A DNA stretch of 63,606 bases, counting the filler, from Octopus bimaculoides (taxonomy: Eukaryota), in the NCBI RefSeq assembly GCF_001194135.2. It is 6 parts of 6 records of this genome, joined end to end, with 100 filler letters (N's around TTAATTAATTAA, not from the genome) between each part and the next. Parts side by side here need not be neighbours in the genome. Positions count along the whole stretch, not along the records: positions 1 to 21,085 come from NC_068989.1; positions 21,186 to 46,750 come from NC_068982.1; 4 more parts are not named here. One strand, written 5' to 3'. A program made the position numbers and the translations under genes. Below, piece after piece: positions 12,676-24,907 of the stretch. Position 1 is the stretch's first letter, and each line of letters opens with the position of its first letter. The notes under the pieces were generated by a model. The model ran no database searches and was not told the origin of the DNA. It saw nothing but the letters and a program-made list of their open reading frames with translations.

Positions 12676-14239
12676 AAGGGGAGGGAATCATAAGGAAAAT
12701 TTTCCTTTCACCGTTGGTTGGCAATGCTGCTATAAAATAGTCACTATATATAAATGTGTGTGTGTGTTTGCGCGCGCGTGTGCGTGTGAGCGTGTTAGCA
12801 TACACATATATATATATGTGTATNNNNNNNNNNNNNNNNNNNNNNNNNNNNNNNNNNNNNNNNNNNNNNNNNNNNNNNNNNNNNNNNNNNNNNNNNNNNN
12901 NNNNNNNNNNNNNNNNNNNNNNNNNNNNNNNNNNNNNNNNNNNNNNNNNNNNNNNNNNNNNNNNNNNNNNNNNNNNNNNNNNNNNNNNNNNNNNNNNNNN
13001 NNNNNNNNNNNNNNNNNNNNNNNNNNNNNNNNNNNNNNNNNNNNNNNNNNNNNNNNNNNNNNNNNNNNNNNNNNNNNNNNNNNNNNNNNNNNNNNNNNNN
13101 NNNNNNNNNNNNNNNNNNNNNNNNNNNNNNNNNNNNNNNNNNNNNNNNNNNNNNNNNNNNNNNNNNNNNNNNNNNNNNNNNNNNNNNNNNNNNNNNNNNN
13201 NNNNNNNNNNNNNNNNNNNNNNNNNNNNNNNNNNNNNNNNNNNNNNNNNNNNNNNNNNNNNNNNNNNNNNNNNNNNNNNNNNNNNNNNNNNNNNNNNNNN
13301 NNNNNNNNNNNNNNNNNNNNNNNNNNNNNNNNNNNNNNNNNNNNNNNNNNNNNNNNNNNNNNTATATAATATATATGTTTTATATATACATATATATGTA
13401 TATCATATATATTATATATATACATACACACACCCACACACATGCATATATATATGTGCTCTTTCATACTCACAAAGAAGTACAATAATATATGTAACAG
13501 GAAATGCAGAAAAATAATGTCACCTATGAGAAGAAAGAAATGTGGGGCGCGAGAAATGTCAAATGCATTACGATCAAAGAATTTCTCAGTGATTTCTAAA
13601 AATATTATCATAGCTGTAGATGAAAAAAAATAAATAAAAATGGTACACCAAATTTTCAAAATCAAACAACAAAGCACCGTTTTATGTTACGCCTAAACCA
13701 TGTAGCACCACCACAACAATCACCACTATTAACATCTAAAAAGGAATCCCTGTTTTTTTTTTCTTTTAAGCATGGTAGCTCTAATATATTCACAAAGAAC
13801 AAGAGTAAACCTTGAAGCATTACGCAAAATGAGACTATTACTATTGGTTTATTATTCAGTGTTGTTGCTATTGTTTTTAATGTATTTTTACTCCACATCA
13901 GCTCTCGTATGGAGTAACTTTACGATAAGGGGCCGTGTGGTTTGGAAAACCACATCTTTTCTTTTCAGTCGGCATGTCTTAGATTACATTATTCGATGTA
14001 TTTTTTTCAATGAAGGGAACGGCTGATTACTCAGAGATTTCTGCGAGATTTCGTCACTTTTGACCCATTTCCACAAAGCGCCTTAAATATTTATTGTGAT
14101 CTATATGTCTGTGTAAAAGTCCTTTCAAATTAATTTAAATAATATATATTAAAGTTTACTTGGTTTAAGACTAAATTTGGTAGCTAGATGATAATCTACC
14201 CGAATGTATTATAACTGTTAATATAAACTGGTGAAGATA

Positions 14240-14450
14240 AGGCAGCGAGCTGCCAGAATCGATAGCACGCTGGGCAAAATGCTTAGCCGCATTTCGTCTT
14301 TATGTTCTGAGCTCAAATTCCGCTGAGGTCGACTTTGCCTTTCATCCCGTTGGGGGGTCGGTAAATTGAGCACCGGTCAAGTACTGGGGACAATAGGATC
14401 GACTATCCCCAGCCGTACAGATTCCAGGCCTAGTACCTCTAGTGGAAAGG
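14240..14450 (+). mobile_element. SINE family C, near full length
   Basis: GGCAGCGAGCTG.CAGAATCG.TAGCACGC head, B-box-like GCTCAAATTCC, GAGGTCGACTTTGCCTTTCATCC central domain. Confidence 0.85.
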
Positions 14451-14536
14451 ACAATAAATTGGTATTGAGAATTTTATCAAAAGATATAATATTTATATAA
14501 ATACGTGTGTGTGTTTTTGTATGTGTGTGTGTGTGT

Positions 14537-14598
<62 letters not shown>

Positions 14599-14877
14599 CG
14601 TAAAATATAATTGCCAACTAAATCTGGCAGTCCTATAGAGGGGACTGTTGTTTTTAGTCCCAGGAGGACATCTCCTTCAGTTGGCTAACGACACAGTGTC
14701 CCATTAGTATTTGCGAGGGGCAATCATTGTTCCCATCTCTAGCCTTACATGATACGGACAGACCCGGGTTTCTGGGAAGTAACCCGTCATCAGTGTGTGA
14801 TAATCACGAGCTAGTGATGAAAACTCATTCCACACCAACTACCACGATACTGCTAATCTCAGCAAGTATTTTCCACA

Positions 14878-15270
14878 GCTTGGCGTGGTCACGTGGTAAG
14901 AAGACCGTTTCCAAACCACATGGTTCCGTTATTAGTCCCACTGCGTGGTACATTGGGCGAGTGTCTTCCACTACAGCCTCGAGCCGACCAAAGCCGTGTA
15001 GACGGAAACTGAGAGAAGCCTGTCGTGTGTGTGTGTCAGTGTGTTTGTGTGTCTTTGCGCCTGTGTGTGTCCCCCATCACCGCTTGACAACCAGTGTTGG
15101 TATGTTAATGTCCCTATTTACTTAGCAGTTCGGCGAAAGATACCGAGAGAATAATTATAATACTTGAAAAAATAATTCCTCGGGTCGGTTCGTTCGACTA
15201 AAACTCATCAAAGCATCGCTCCAGCATGGCCGCAACCAAATGACTGGAACAAGCAGAAAAAAATAAAAGG
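14878..15270 (+). mobile_element. SINE family A, full length
   Basis: Head GTGGTAAGAAG...GTCCCACTGCGTGG, GACGGAAACTGA, (TG)n centre, CGCTTGACAACC, CAGCATGGCCGC 3' end. Confidence 0.85.
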
Positions 15271-15534
15271 TTGTATGTATGTATGTATCTATGTATATTT
15301 GTATGTATGTATGTATACATGTATGTATATCTGTCTGTCTGTCTGACTGTCTGTCTGTATGTATGTATGTATGTATGTATGTATGTATGTATCCCGTTAC
15401 ACTCTGCAATCTGACAGAGTTACCAATCGAGAATCTAGAATGAAAAGGTCAATGTCCGATTATTTTAATTCCACACGGAGGCTTAAAGTAATAATTACAC
15501 CTTATTTCCACTGCTTTCTTTTTGTTAGTTGTAC

Positions 15535-15575
<41 letters not shown>

Positions 15576-15589
15576 AGAGAGAGAGAGAG

Positions 15590-15625
<36 letters not shown>

Positions 15626-15650
15626 TGTGTGTCTGTGTCTGTTTGCGTGA

Positions 15651-15695
<45 letters not shown>

Positions 15696-16150
15696 TGTGT
15701 AACTCGAGAAATGATTTTTTAGACATATTACTCCCGATTGCCATCACAAGACATGATAAGGTAGTGTCAATAAAATCGATCGCACAGACAGGCAATTGTG
15801 TAAACATGTTGGAATTCAGGGCTTTAGGTTTGTAAATATATGTGGCATCGTAAACATTCTGATACGAAGCTATGATGTATGCATCAACGCAGACAATTTA
15901 CGATTTGAAAATCATAAAACATCTATTCATACATACATAAATACTTAAATATACACGCAGACATACACACACACGCATACACACATACACACACACATGT
16001 GTATGTATGTATGCATGTATGTATGCATGTATGTATGTATGGATGCATGTATGTGTATATGTATATACATGTATGCATGTACGTGGACAGACAAATGGAA
16101 ACAAAAATGAAGTGGTAACAAGGTTATAAATCATACACACACACACACAC

Positions 16151-16197
<47 letters not shown>

Positions 16198-17309
16198 NNN
16201 NNNNNNNNNNNNNNNNNNNNNNNNNNNNNNNNNNNNNNNNNNNNNNNNNNNNNNNNNNNNNNNNNNNNNNNNNNNNNNNNNNNNNNNNNNNNNNNNNNNN
16301 NNNNNNNNNNNNNNNNNNNNNNNNNNNNNNNNNNNNNNNNNNNNNNNNNNNNNNNNNNNNNNNNNNNNNNNNNNNNNNNNNNNNNNNNNNNNNNNNNNNN
16401 NNNNNNNNNNNNNNNNNNNNNNNNNNNNNNNNNNNNNNNNNNNNNNNNNNNNNNNNNNNNNNNNNNNNNNNNNNNNNNNNNNNNNNNNNNNNNNNNNNNN
16501 NNNNNNNNNNNNNNNNNNNNNNNNNNNNNNNNNNNNNNNNNNNNNNNNNNNNNNNNNNNNNNNNNNNNNNNNNNNNNNNNNNNNNNNNNNNNNNNNNNNN
16601 NNNNNNNNNNNNNNNNNNNNNNNNNNNNNNNNNNNNNNNNNNNNNNNNNNNNNNNNNNNNNNNNNNNNNNNNNNNNNNNNNNNNNNNNNNNNNNNNNNNN
16701 NNNNNNNNNNNNNNNNNNNNNNNNNNNNNNNNNNNNNNNNNNNNNNNNNNNNNNNNNNNNNNNNNNNNNNNNNNNNNNNNNNNNNNNNNNNNNNNNNNNN
16801 NNNNNNNNNNNNNNNNNNNNNNNNNNNNNNNNNNNNNNNNNNNNNNNNNNNNNNNNNNNNNNNNNNNNNNNNNNNNNNNNNNNNNNNNNNNNNNNNNNNN
16901 NNNNNNNNNNNNNNNNNNNNNNNNNNNNNNNNNNNNNNNNNNNNNNNNNNNNNNNNNNNNNNNNNNNNNNNNNNNNNNNNNNNNNNNNNNNNNNNNNNNN
17001 NNNNNNNNNNNNNNNNNNNNNNNNNNNNNNNNNNNNNNNNNNNNNNNNNNNNNNNNNNATATACACACAATTGTAAATAAGAGCACATCATTTTTTTTTT
17101 CTTTGCTTATACGCTGAAAATAGACGTTAAATCGTCGAACCACGTTAAATATTTTCACTATTCTTATTACACAAGAGTCGAAACGCGGAAGCAAGCTGAC
17201 AGATGTTCATAAGATTTAGTTATCTCTGTATTTGTCCAATTTCTGGATTAACCTAAAAAGGTTTTACCTTCAACAGCAAAGAACACAAGGAAACAAATTA
17301 AATACTTGT

Positions 17310-17410
17310 GACAGTGTGGTAAGTAGCTTACCTACTATAGCTTCGGGTCGACCTAAGTTTTGTGAGTGGATTTGGTAGACGGAAACTGGAAGAAGCCCTT
17401 CGTATATATA
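17310..17410 (+). mobile_element. SINE family A, 5' half (internally deleted, interrupted at its microsatellite)
   Basis: GTGTGGTAAGTAGCTT...GTGAGTGGATTTGGTAGACGGAAACTG.AAGAAGCCC then (TA)n. Confidence 0.75.
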
Positions 17411-17757
17411 GATCGCTAGTCACTAAACCATTTTTATTTTCTCTCCCTCTTTATTTCCGTATTCCTTTCTGTCGAAGAACGTAGGCTCGCAACGTAAAAG
17501 ACTTTCTCATTTCCAGAGCGTTAAGCTAATACATATGTTTGTTGTTTACACAACCGTCTTCGTCTTTTAGCTGTCTTCATCTTTGAGGTGGAATCAACTC
17601 CGCTCCTTTAATGATGTCCAAGACACACTGTAGGTCAAAATAGCAACCCGACAACTCTTTGAAAAGTTGAGTTGCAAGGAAGGGCAGAAATATTATATAA
17701 ACGGAATAGGTCTATATTTCGGTGTAAACATCTCTTTTTTTTTTTGTGAATTCTCAC
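17411..17757 (+). mobile_element. PLE terminal fragment family H1 nested in the SINE microsatellite
   Basis: Homologous to the reverse complement of 75-263; ends TTTTGTGAATTCTCACTATAT like the H1 terminus, with about 170 bp of extra internal sequence. Confidence 0.65.
17465..17500 (+). ncRNA. Decayed minimal hammerhead-like motif (family H1)
   Basis: CTTT-CTGTCGA-A-GAAC(GTAG)GCTC-GCAAC-GTA-AAAG. Stem I CTTT/AAAG is intact; stem II and GAAA each carry one substitution. Confidence 0.4.
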
Positions 17758-17759
17758 TA

Positions 17760-18020
17760 TATATGTGCATGTGTATGCGTGTGCGTGCGTGTTTGTGTGT
17801 GTGTGTATGTGTGTGTATGTTTGTGTGTCTGTCTTTGTCCCCCCAATATCGCTTGACAACCGATGCTGATGTGTTTACGTCCGCGTAAGTTAGCGGTTCG
17901 ACCAAAGAAACCGATAGAATAAGTACTAGGCTTACAAAGAATAAGTCCTGGGGTCGATTTTTTCGGCTAAAGGCAGTTCTCCAGCATAGTCGCAGTCAAA
18001 AGACTGCGAAAAATAAAAGA
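17760..18020 (+). mobile_element. SINE family A, 3' half
   Basis: (TG)n then CCCCCCAATATCGCTTGACAACCGATGCTG...GATAGAATAAGTACTAGGCTTACAAAGAATAAGTCCTGGGGTCGAT. Confidence 0.85.
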
Positions 18021-19569
18021 ATATTCTGTATATTTCTCATTTTGTCTTGTTCTGGTGTTTTGCGAAGTTTTTTTCTGGAGGACATTATTTTTCTTTGTGG
18101 TTGGGTCGTTGATGACCTCTTTCTAGTATATTGGATGTGCACTTAGCGGTCATCCTTTATACACGTATATATATAGATATGAAACTGCATGTCGTTACCT
18201 ATACATATGGATGTATGCATAAGGGTGCATATATAAGTTAATATATATGTATGACCAATATATAAATACATATGCATATTTACACTTACATGTACTTATA
18301 ACTAAGTACATGTACGTATATACACATCTAATTATTATTCACTTCCACTGAGCCCAACACAGCATAGTATCTTACATTCAACTATATTTCTTAGACCCAA
18401 CTAACATCGCTTCTTTATTACTTAACATTTTACGTGAAACACTAGAGATGCTATCTACTGCCTTAAATGTCAGTTCAGTAGAAACATACTATATTACACT
18501 CTTGAAGTTAAAAGAAAAATAAGCGATCAAACATTTTTATTGGCAGCTTTGTTACGTAACAGAAAAAAGGGTTTTGAATTTCCTCAACATGTGTACGCTT
18601 TCCTTAACCGTACACAATCTATTATGGACAAACTTTATTACGTTACATTGTCAACGTAGCACAATATAACAACTTGTAAGAGCTTTCCGATCATTCTTCT
18701 TTATTAGCCTCAGTTGTTTCATTGAAGCAAACATAAAATATTATATTTAGGCAGCTTGAAAACTCGCTGTCTTCGCAAAAAACAAATATGTTATTGATTG
18801 TCAACAAATAGCTAACATTACCTTCTATAAAATGTTGCCTTATATTCGCTTAATTGATAATCCAGATAATTAATAATTAATATAGTAGTATAGTAATATA
18901 TTTGCGATAATTGCTATTCTTGAATCTAATTTGCAACTACATAATATATTTTATATGTTTTATAGTCTTCCACCACATTGCAACGACAAAACCATATTTA
19001 TTCTTACCATACACAAATATTTGTCGCTTGTATATTGAGTATAATAGCTATTTATTTCTCTGAATGGTCGATTATCATAAAATGCCAGCACTGGAAATAA
19101 TCTAATTCAGCTTCTCTTATGGCTGACTGAGAGTGCCAGTGGACTAAAACAAAGTATGCCTGTGCATATATATATATACATATNNNNNNNNNNNNNNNNN
19201 NNNNNNNNNNNNNNNNNNNNNNNNNNNNNNNNNNNNNNNNNNNNNNNNNNNNNNNNNNNNNNNNNNNNNNNNNNNNNNNNNNNNNNNNNNNNNNNNNNNN
19301 NNNNNNNNNNNNNNNNNNNNNNNNNNNNNNNNNNNNNNNNNNNNNNNNNNNNNNNNNNNNNNNNNNNNNNNNNNNNNNNNNNNNNNNNNNNNNNNNNNNN
19401 NNNNNNNNNNNNNNNNNNNNNNNNNNNNNNNNNNNNNNNNNNNCAATTTACTTAATATTTATTTTTCACTGACGTTATTACTGTTATTTCTTTATTTTCT
19501 GCAAACAAAGTGCACAAAAAAGCTACACGTTTGCATTATGTTATATGTACAATAATAATAAAGGACGTT

Positions 19570-19731
19570 ACCGTATATACGTTTACAAAGGACGTTATAT
19601 TGACCTCATTGACTGAAGTTAGAGAAGGGGTGCCTATTATACACAAGGTTTAGGTTTTTCAGAGGTACAGCCCCCTAAAAATCCCCTGCGTATTATACTC
19701 AAGGGCGGACTATACTCGAGCAATTACGATA
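19570..19731. mobile_element. Possible pogo/Tigger-type MITE remnant
   Basis: Ends TACCGTATATAC... and ...GGACTATACTCGAGCAATTACGATA resemble TACCGTA-type TIRs; match between the ends is imperfect. Confidence 0.35.
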
Positions 19732-19759
19732 TATATATATATATATATATATTTACATA

Positions 19760-20610
19760 CACAGACATGCAGGAAGTAAATAGACACCTTTAATTCTCGA
19801 AATCTTTTACTTAATACGCAAAGCGAACAATTGAAATGTAATCGATAGGTAGGACTACATAATTTAGTATTTAGTTGACATTCCCTTCGCAGTTTTTAAT
19901 TCAGAAACTTTTTGGCATTGAAATGATGAGCTTTGTGATTGTCTCTTGTGGAATTTCTGACCCCTTTTCGCGCAACAATCGAAACAATTCATCTTCAGGT
20001 TTCTGTCGAGATTTTCGTATAGCTCTATCTAGTATGCTCCAAAGATTTTCAATTGGGTTCATGTCAGGTGATTGGCTCGGCCAAGGAAGCCTTTTGATCC
20101 CATTTTCAATTAACCATTGTTGATTCCTTTTCGCTGAATGTCATGGAGCTCCATTTTCCATGAGTAAAAACTCATTTTTCGTTATATTATCGTGTGAATA
20201 CATCGGAAGTAATCCTTGCTTAAGTATTTCGATGTATTTTTTAGTGTTTATGGTTTCAACACATTCAACCAACTCAGAACGCCCATTACTGGTGACAGCT
20301 CCCCATACCCTTACAGAGATACGCCATGTTTCACAGTTAGCTGGAGTCGTTTCAAATCAAATTCTTGATTGGGAAGGCTCCTGACCCAAACACGTCCACT
20401 GTCTGAAAATAATGCAAATCTGGATTCATCTGAGAAAATCACTGTATCCCGAAATGAACTGGATATTTCTGACATCTCCTTAACCAATTTCTTTCTTTAC
20501 ATGATATTGATTGGTTGAAGGAGAGGTTTTCTTCTAGCTACTCGTCCATAATACTCAAGCTTATGCAGATATGTAACACACGTCCTTGCAATTAACGAGA
20601 TAAACGCATT
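19760..20610 (-). mobile_element. Decayed Tc1-family transposase with probable 3' TIR region
   Basis: Minus-strand translation YGRVARRKPLL...VIFSDESRF...TVKHG..VWGAVT...ENGAP*H...WPSQSPDMNPIENLW, the Tc1 FSDES / QDGAP.H / SPDLNPIE motifs, with stops. Confidence 0.92.
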
Positions 20611-21085
20611 GTTCAGTATCACATATATAATTGGTTCCGGTCATGCATTTCTCAAAGGATTTAGTAGATAAGATGAGATTTCACAAAAGTACCACATTCA
20701 ATAGAGATACAATCGCAAACGAAAATAAAAACAAATTCGCTCTTCGTTACGAACACCTAGTTATACGAACAACTAGTTATACACATCGCACACCAGAGCT
20801 GAAGAAACCTCCGAAATGGGGGGGCCCCGCCACGTCATAACGGTAGAGGAGTAGGGGCCGAAACCGGACGTGGTTCCTCCTGATGATGTTTTCAGCTAAC
20901 TGGATCTTAATCCACCAAGGGAAGGTATGTCGGAAGAAAGTAATTCAACAACGCGGGTTGATGAACCGTAAGACGTGTGGCCAGAACCTCCTGGAAAATA
21001 ACCATAGCGAGGGACATTCCACAGTTGAATTAGAACAGTCATAAACAGTGAAAGAAGACATGCACCCAACACCAGAGCTGAAGAC

Positions 21086-21185
21086 NNNNNNNNNNNNNNN
21101 NNNNNNNNNNNNNNNNNNNNNNNNNNNNNTTAATTAATTAANNNNNNNNNNNNNNNNNNNNNNNNNNNNNNNNNNNNNNNNNNNN
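21086..21185. other. Artificial 100-bp join spacer (44N-TTAATTAATTAA-44N)
   Basis: Exact count 44+12+44; identical architecture at five sites. Confidence 0.95.
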
Positions 21186-21252
<67 letters not shown>

Positions 21253-21412
21253 TAGTCTTATTTTTATCACATACTTTCACTGCACTACCGAGCGTAGCTC
21301 TGTGTGCCTTGGGTATGTGCTGTGGTTTGTTTTGATGCTCTTATTTTCATTGTATTGAAAGTGTTTTACGTAGGATGTGTGCGGTGCCTAGTAGTAAAGC
21401 TATTTTCTTTAT
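21186..21412 (-). mobile_element. 3' end of an R4/Dong-type RLE LINE with (AAT)n tail
   Basis: Minus strand KKIALLLGTAHILRKTLSIQ* (stop 21347-21349), about 100 nt of 3' UTR, then (AAT)n at 21186-21249. Compare LRKILSM* at 33957. Confidence 0.75.
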
Positions 21413-21509
21413 GTTATATATACATTATTATTATTGTTGTTCTTGATGTTGTTCAAAATCATTTCCAGGGCTTCAGGTTATATATAGGTGTTTCTTAACT
21501 TGTGTTTCC

Positions 21510-22320
21510 TCGGTTAAAAAACACCTCAATATCCGGGAAATATTACTACATGTATCTTAGCCATTGAACGGAATAATGACAACTTGAGAACCAGGCAGGC
21601 CCTTCACATTAAACAACACACACCAGAAGTAAACAACAAAACTAGATTGGATCGAACAAATTGACTTTTATTATTACCTCACTTTACTTACATATTCACT
21701 TTTTCTCATCTTACAAACATACAAATCACAAAGCTTCCTATAACTTACCCTTTTTTGGATAACAAAATCTCAAAATACCTTACCAAGCAGTTCCCAAAAT
21801 TGCGAATGGGTAAAAGTTACTCAGCACCCTTTGTTAGTCACCAGTTTGATAATAAAGCCCCTAGAGAAAGTTCACAGTGTCAATGACAATCCTTGCTTTC
21901 TGAAATTGATAAAAGCAGTCAACAGAGAGCTGACATACGCTGGACCGTCTTTAAGAAAATGCATATCTGGAAATCAAGCCACGCATTATATTCTCACTGG
22001 CCAACTTCTCCTTTGTCAATATTGGCATGTATTTGTATGCCTACATGGAATACCACAGTGTTTGTAATAAATGTGATGAAACTTGTATTGGAAGCACTGT
22101 CCGTAAATTGCACACCCGTGCTAAATAAAACTTGATTACACATGTTTCCTCCGTTGAATAAATAAAAAAAAACACATCCAGAGAAATGTCGTAATCAAGA
22201 TACTTCGTTCTACATCAAAGATACGGAACGATATATGAGAAGTTCGAGGATTAAGGGAGCTGGCCTTATTAAAAAGCTTGATTCCTACATTAACAACAGA
22301 TACGAGTAGCGTCTTAGAAA
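21510..22320 (+). pseudogene. Two partial, highly decayed PLE GIY-YIG C-termini in tandem
   Basis: LRTRQALHIKQHTPEVNN (~21590-21650); YNLPFLDNKIS (~21740); CNKCDETCIGSTVRKLHTRAK (~22060-22125); RIKGAGLIKKLDSYINN (~22245-22297). Confidence 0.55.
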
Positions 22321-22494
22321 TTAGTTAATACAACATTGCAATTCATCTGATCCCGCAAACCGTCTTCTTCCCATATATCTACGTGGAGTTGATCTAAGCT
22401 ATCTCCTTAATCTCATGATAAAGGAATTTAAACCCGAGATATTCACAGACAGTAAAAAGCCTCAGTGATTTCCTTGCTTTGACTTCTAGCGGAC

Positions 22495-23665
22495 AGGTGT
22501 TGCAAAGAGTAACCGATAGAGCGGAAATGGCGTGATACCTGGGTGTCATTGCCAAGGCGGATGTCTCGAAGGTGTTTCGCGAACCGGTTAGCCAAGCGGC
22601 GTCCCGTTTGTCCGATGTACAGAGTATGGCAGAGAGACCAGGAGATGCAATAGATGGTATTGGTAGAAGTGCAGGTGAAGGAGTCGGTGATGTGATAGGG
22701 TCGATCATGGGTGCCGGTGAGGAGGGTGGTTTTGGAGAGGCAATGGCAAGTGCGGCAGCGTGGGCGGGAGCAGGGGAACAGACCAGGTTGGGAGGTTGGG
22801 TTGGGAAAGAAGCTGAGGACCAAGAGGTCTCGTAGGTTGTGGGCTCGTTTGAAGGAGGGGATGGGTCGGTTAGGGAAGATGTGTGAATTGGAGGGGTCGG
22901 ACTGGAGACGCCGGAAAGCTCAGAGAATGGTGCATTGGAGAGGCTGGGTGGTGGTTTGGTAGATGAAGGGAAAAATGGAGGTGGGAGACGGCAGGGATTG
23001 AGAGAGCAGATGCACGGTCCACGGTGTGGATAGTGGTGAAGGGATATCCACGTAGGATGAAGTGGCGAGCCATGAGTTGAGACTAAGTCTCAAAGTCAGA
23101 GCCTGCGTAGACGGAGGAATTGGGAATAGGGAATGGAAAGCTTGGTGTGTTTAGGGTGGGAGGAGGAGATGTTGAGGTATTAGTGTGAGTCTGTATGTTT
23201 GTAGTGGATGGAGGTAGTAAGAGTGGAGTGATGAATGCTGACCGAAATGTCAAAAAAGGAGACAGAGGTGTCAGAGATAGTGCAAGAGAAGTAGAGGGCA
23301 GAATGGAAAGATTTGACAAAAGAGAGGAAGGCGTCTAGATGTTCGCGGGAGAGTGAGGTTGCACCGATACAGTCGTCAATATAACGGCCATATAGTTCGA
23401 GAGTGGGACCAGTCAAACTTGAGAATATTTGGGCCTCAACACAGCCAACGAACATGTTCGCATAGTTGTGGCCCATTCTCGTTCCCATGGCCACTCCCGA
23501 GAACTGCTGGTAGAAATCGCCCGCGAGCGAGAAGCAGTTGAGTGAGGGGACAAGTTCGGCCAAACGAACGAGTGTGGAGGTGTCTGGTTGGGGGCTGGGT
23601 CGGAAGTCAAGGAAATGTTTGAGTGCACGAATCTTCTCGTGGTGCGGGATCACCATGTAGAGGCT
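22495..23665 (-). mobile_element. Neptune-like PLE, RT (YIDD) plus GIY-YIG, disrupted
   Basis: SLYMVIPH...GVAMGTRMGHNYANMFVG...YGRYIDDCIG...FFDISV...IHYKHTDSH; LRGYP; PCSRPRCRTC...FTCTSTNTIYCISWSLCHTLYIGQTGRRLANRFAKHL. Subclade assignment is inferred. Confidence 0.92.
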
Positions 23666-24001
23666 CTCTCTCTCTCTCTCTCTCTCTCNNNNNNNNNNNN
23701 NNNNNNNNNNNNNNNNNNNNNNNNNNNNNNNNNNNNNNNNNNNNNNNNNNNNNNNNNNNNNNNNNNNNNNNNNNNNNNNNNNNNNNNNNNNNNNNNNNNN
23801 NNNNNNNNNNNNNNNNNNNNNNNNNNNNNNNNNNNNNNNNNNNNNNNNNNNNNNNNNNNNNNNNNNNNNNNNNNNNNNNNNNNNNNNNNNNNNNNNNNNN
23901 NNNNNNNNNNNNNNNNNNNNNNNNNNNNNNNNNNNNNNNNNNNNNNNNNNNNNNNNNNNNNNNNNNNNNNNNNNNNNNNNNNNNNNNNNNNNNNNNNNNN
24001 N

Positions 24002-24045
<44 letters not shown>

Positions 24046-24329
24046 TATCAGCCATTGATTTCCTCTCACTTGGAAACCAATCGGTTTCATTTGTCGAAGC
24101 TTATACATGCTGTGGGTGACAGAGCAAAAACTGAAAGTTTTCTTTGCACTGGGTTTTTAGTTTAAGTGTCTACATTACTGACTAATCAGTTGTTTATCTT
24201 TGGGCAAACTTGGTGATTTGTCGGTGGATGTCTTAAATGTAGTTTGCTTATTTGTTGTGGATTATGATTGTATTTGTAGTAATAGCATTGGTTGTTACAT
24301 TGGCGATGCTCAAGAATGACATTGATATC

Positions 24330-24900
24330 ATTTGTAATTGTGTGATAGTGGAAGTGATTGTAGTGGCGGTGGTACGGTGATTTGTAGTAGTGGTGGTGGT
24401 GGATGGTAGTGGTGGCGGCGGCGGTGGCGATGGATGTGGTGGTTACTTTGGTAATGCTTGAGTGCAGTGCTGATAACACTTACGGTAGTGGGGTGGGTTG
24501 AGCAATGCATGAGTGTGATGACATTTAACATAGGTGGAGGTGGCAGCGGTGGAGGCAATGGCTGCGGTGATGGTGACGGTTGTGGTGGTGGTGAGGATGG
24601 TGGTGGTGGTGAGGATGGTGGTGGTGATGGTGGTGGTGGTGCTGCTGCTGCTGCAGCTGCTGAAGTTGTGGCTGTTGTGGTGATGATTATTGTATTTGTG
24701 GTGCTAGTGATAACTTTGGCAGTGCTTGAGAATGATGTTGACGGTAGCCGTGGTAGTAATGACCGCGATAAGAGCATTTGATCCGGTTGCGGTTGTTGTC
24801 AGGTGGTGATCCTGACGATGCCTGAGTATGGTGTTGTCAACTGCTGCAGCAGCATGAGTAGTAGTCGTAATAGTAATGGTAGTCATAATAGTAGTATAAT
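24330..24900. repeat. Degenerate (GGT/GAT/GCT/AGT)n low-complexity tract
   Basis: Direct reading. Confidence 0.85.
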
Positions 24901-24907
24901 AAATAAA

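Noticed and set aside
15722-15835. Splice-like TTTTTTAG|...AAG|GTAGTG around ILLPIAITRHDK
   Set aside because: Short, weak donor, open on both strands, and no homology or phase partner found.
18105-18200. GATGACC/GGTCATC stem followed by GAAACTGCATGTC
   Set aside because: Possibly a decayed PLE terminus, but no core or stem II can be assembled.
21130-21141. Recurrent palindrome TTAATTAATTAA as a binding site or repeat unit
   Set aside because: Always centred in 44+44 N; an artificial linker.
22572-22962. Plus-strand ORFs with natural-looking sequence
   Set aside because: Antisense shadows of the Neptune-like PLE on the minus strand.
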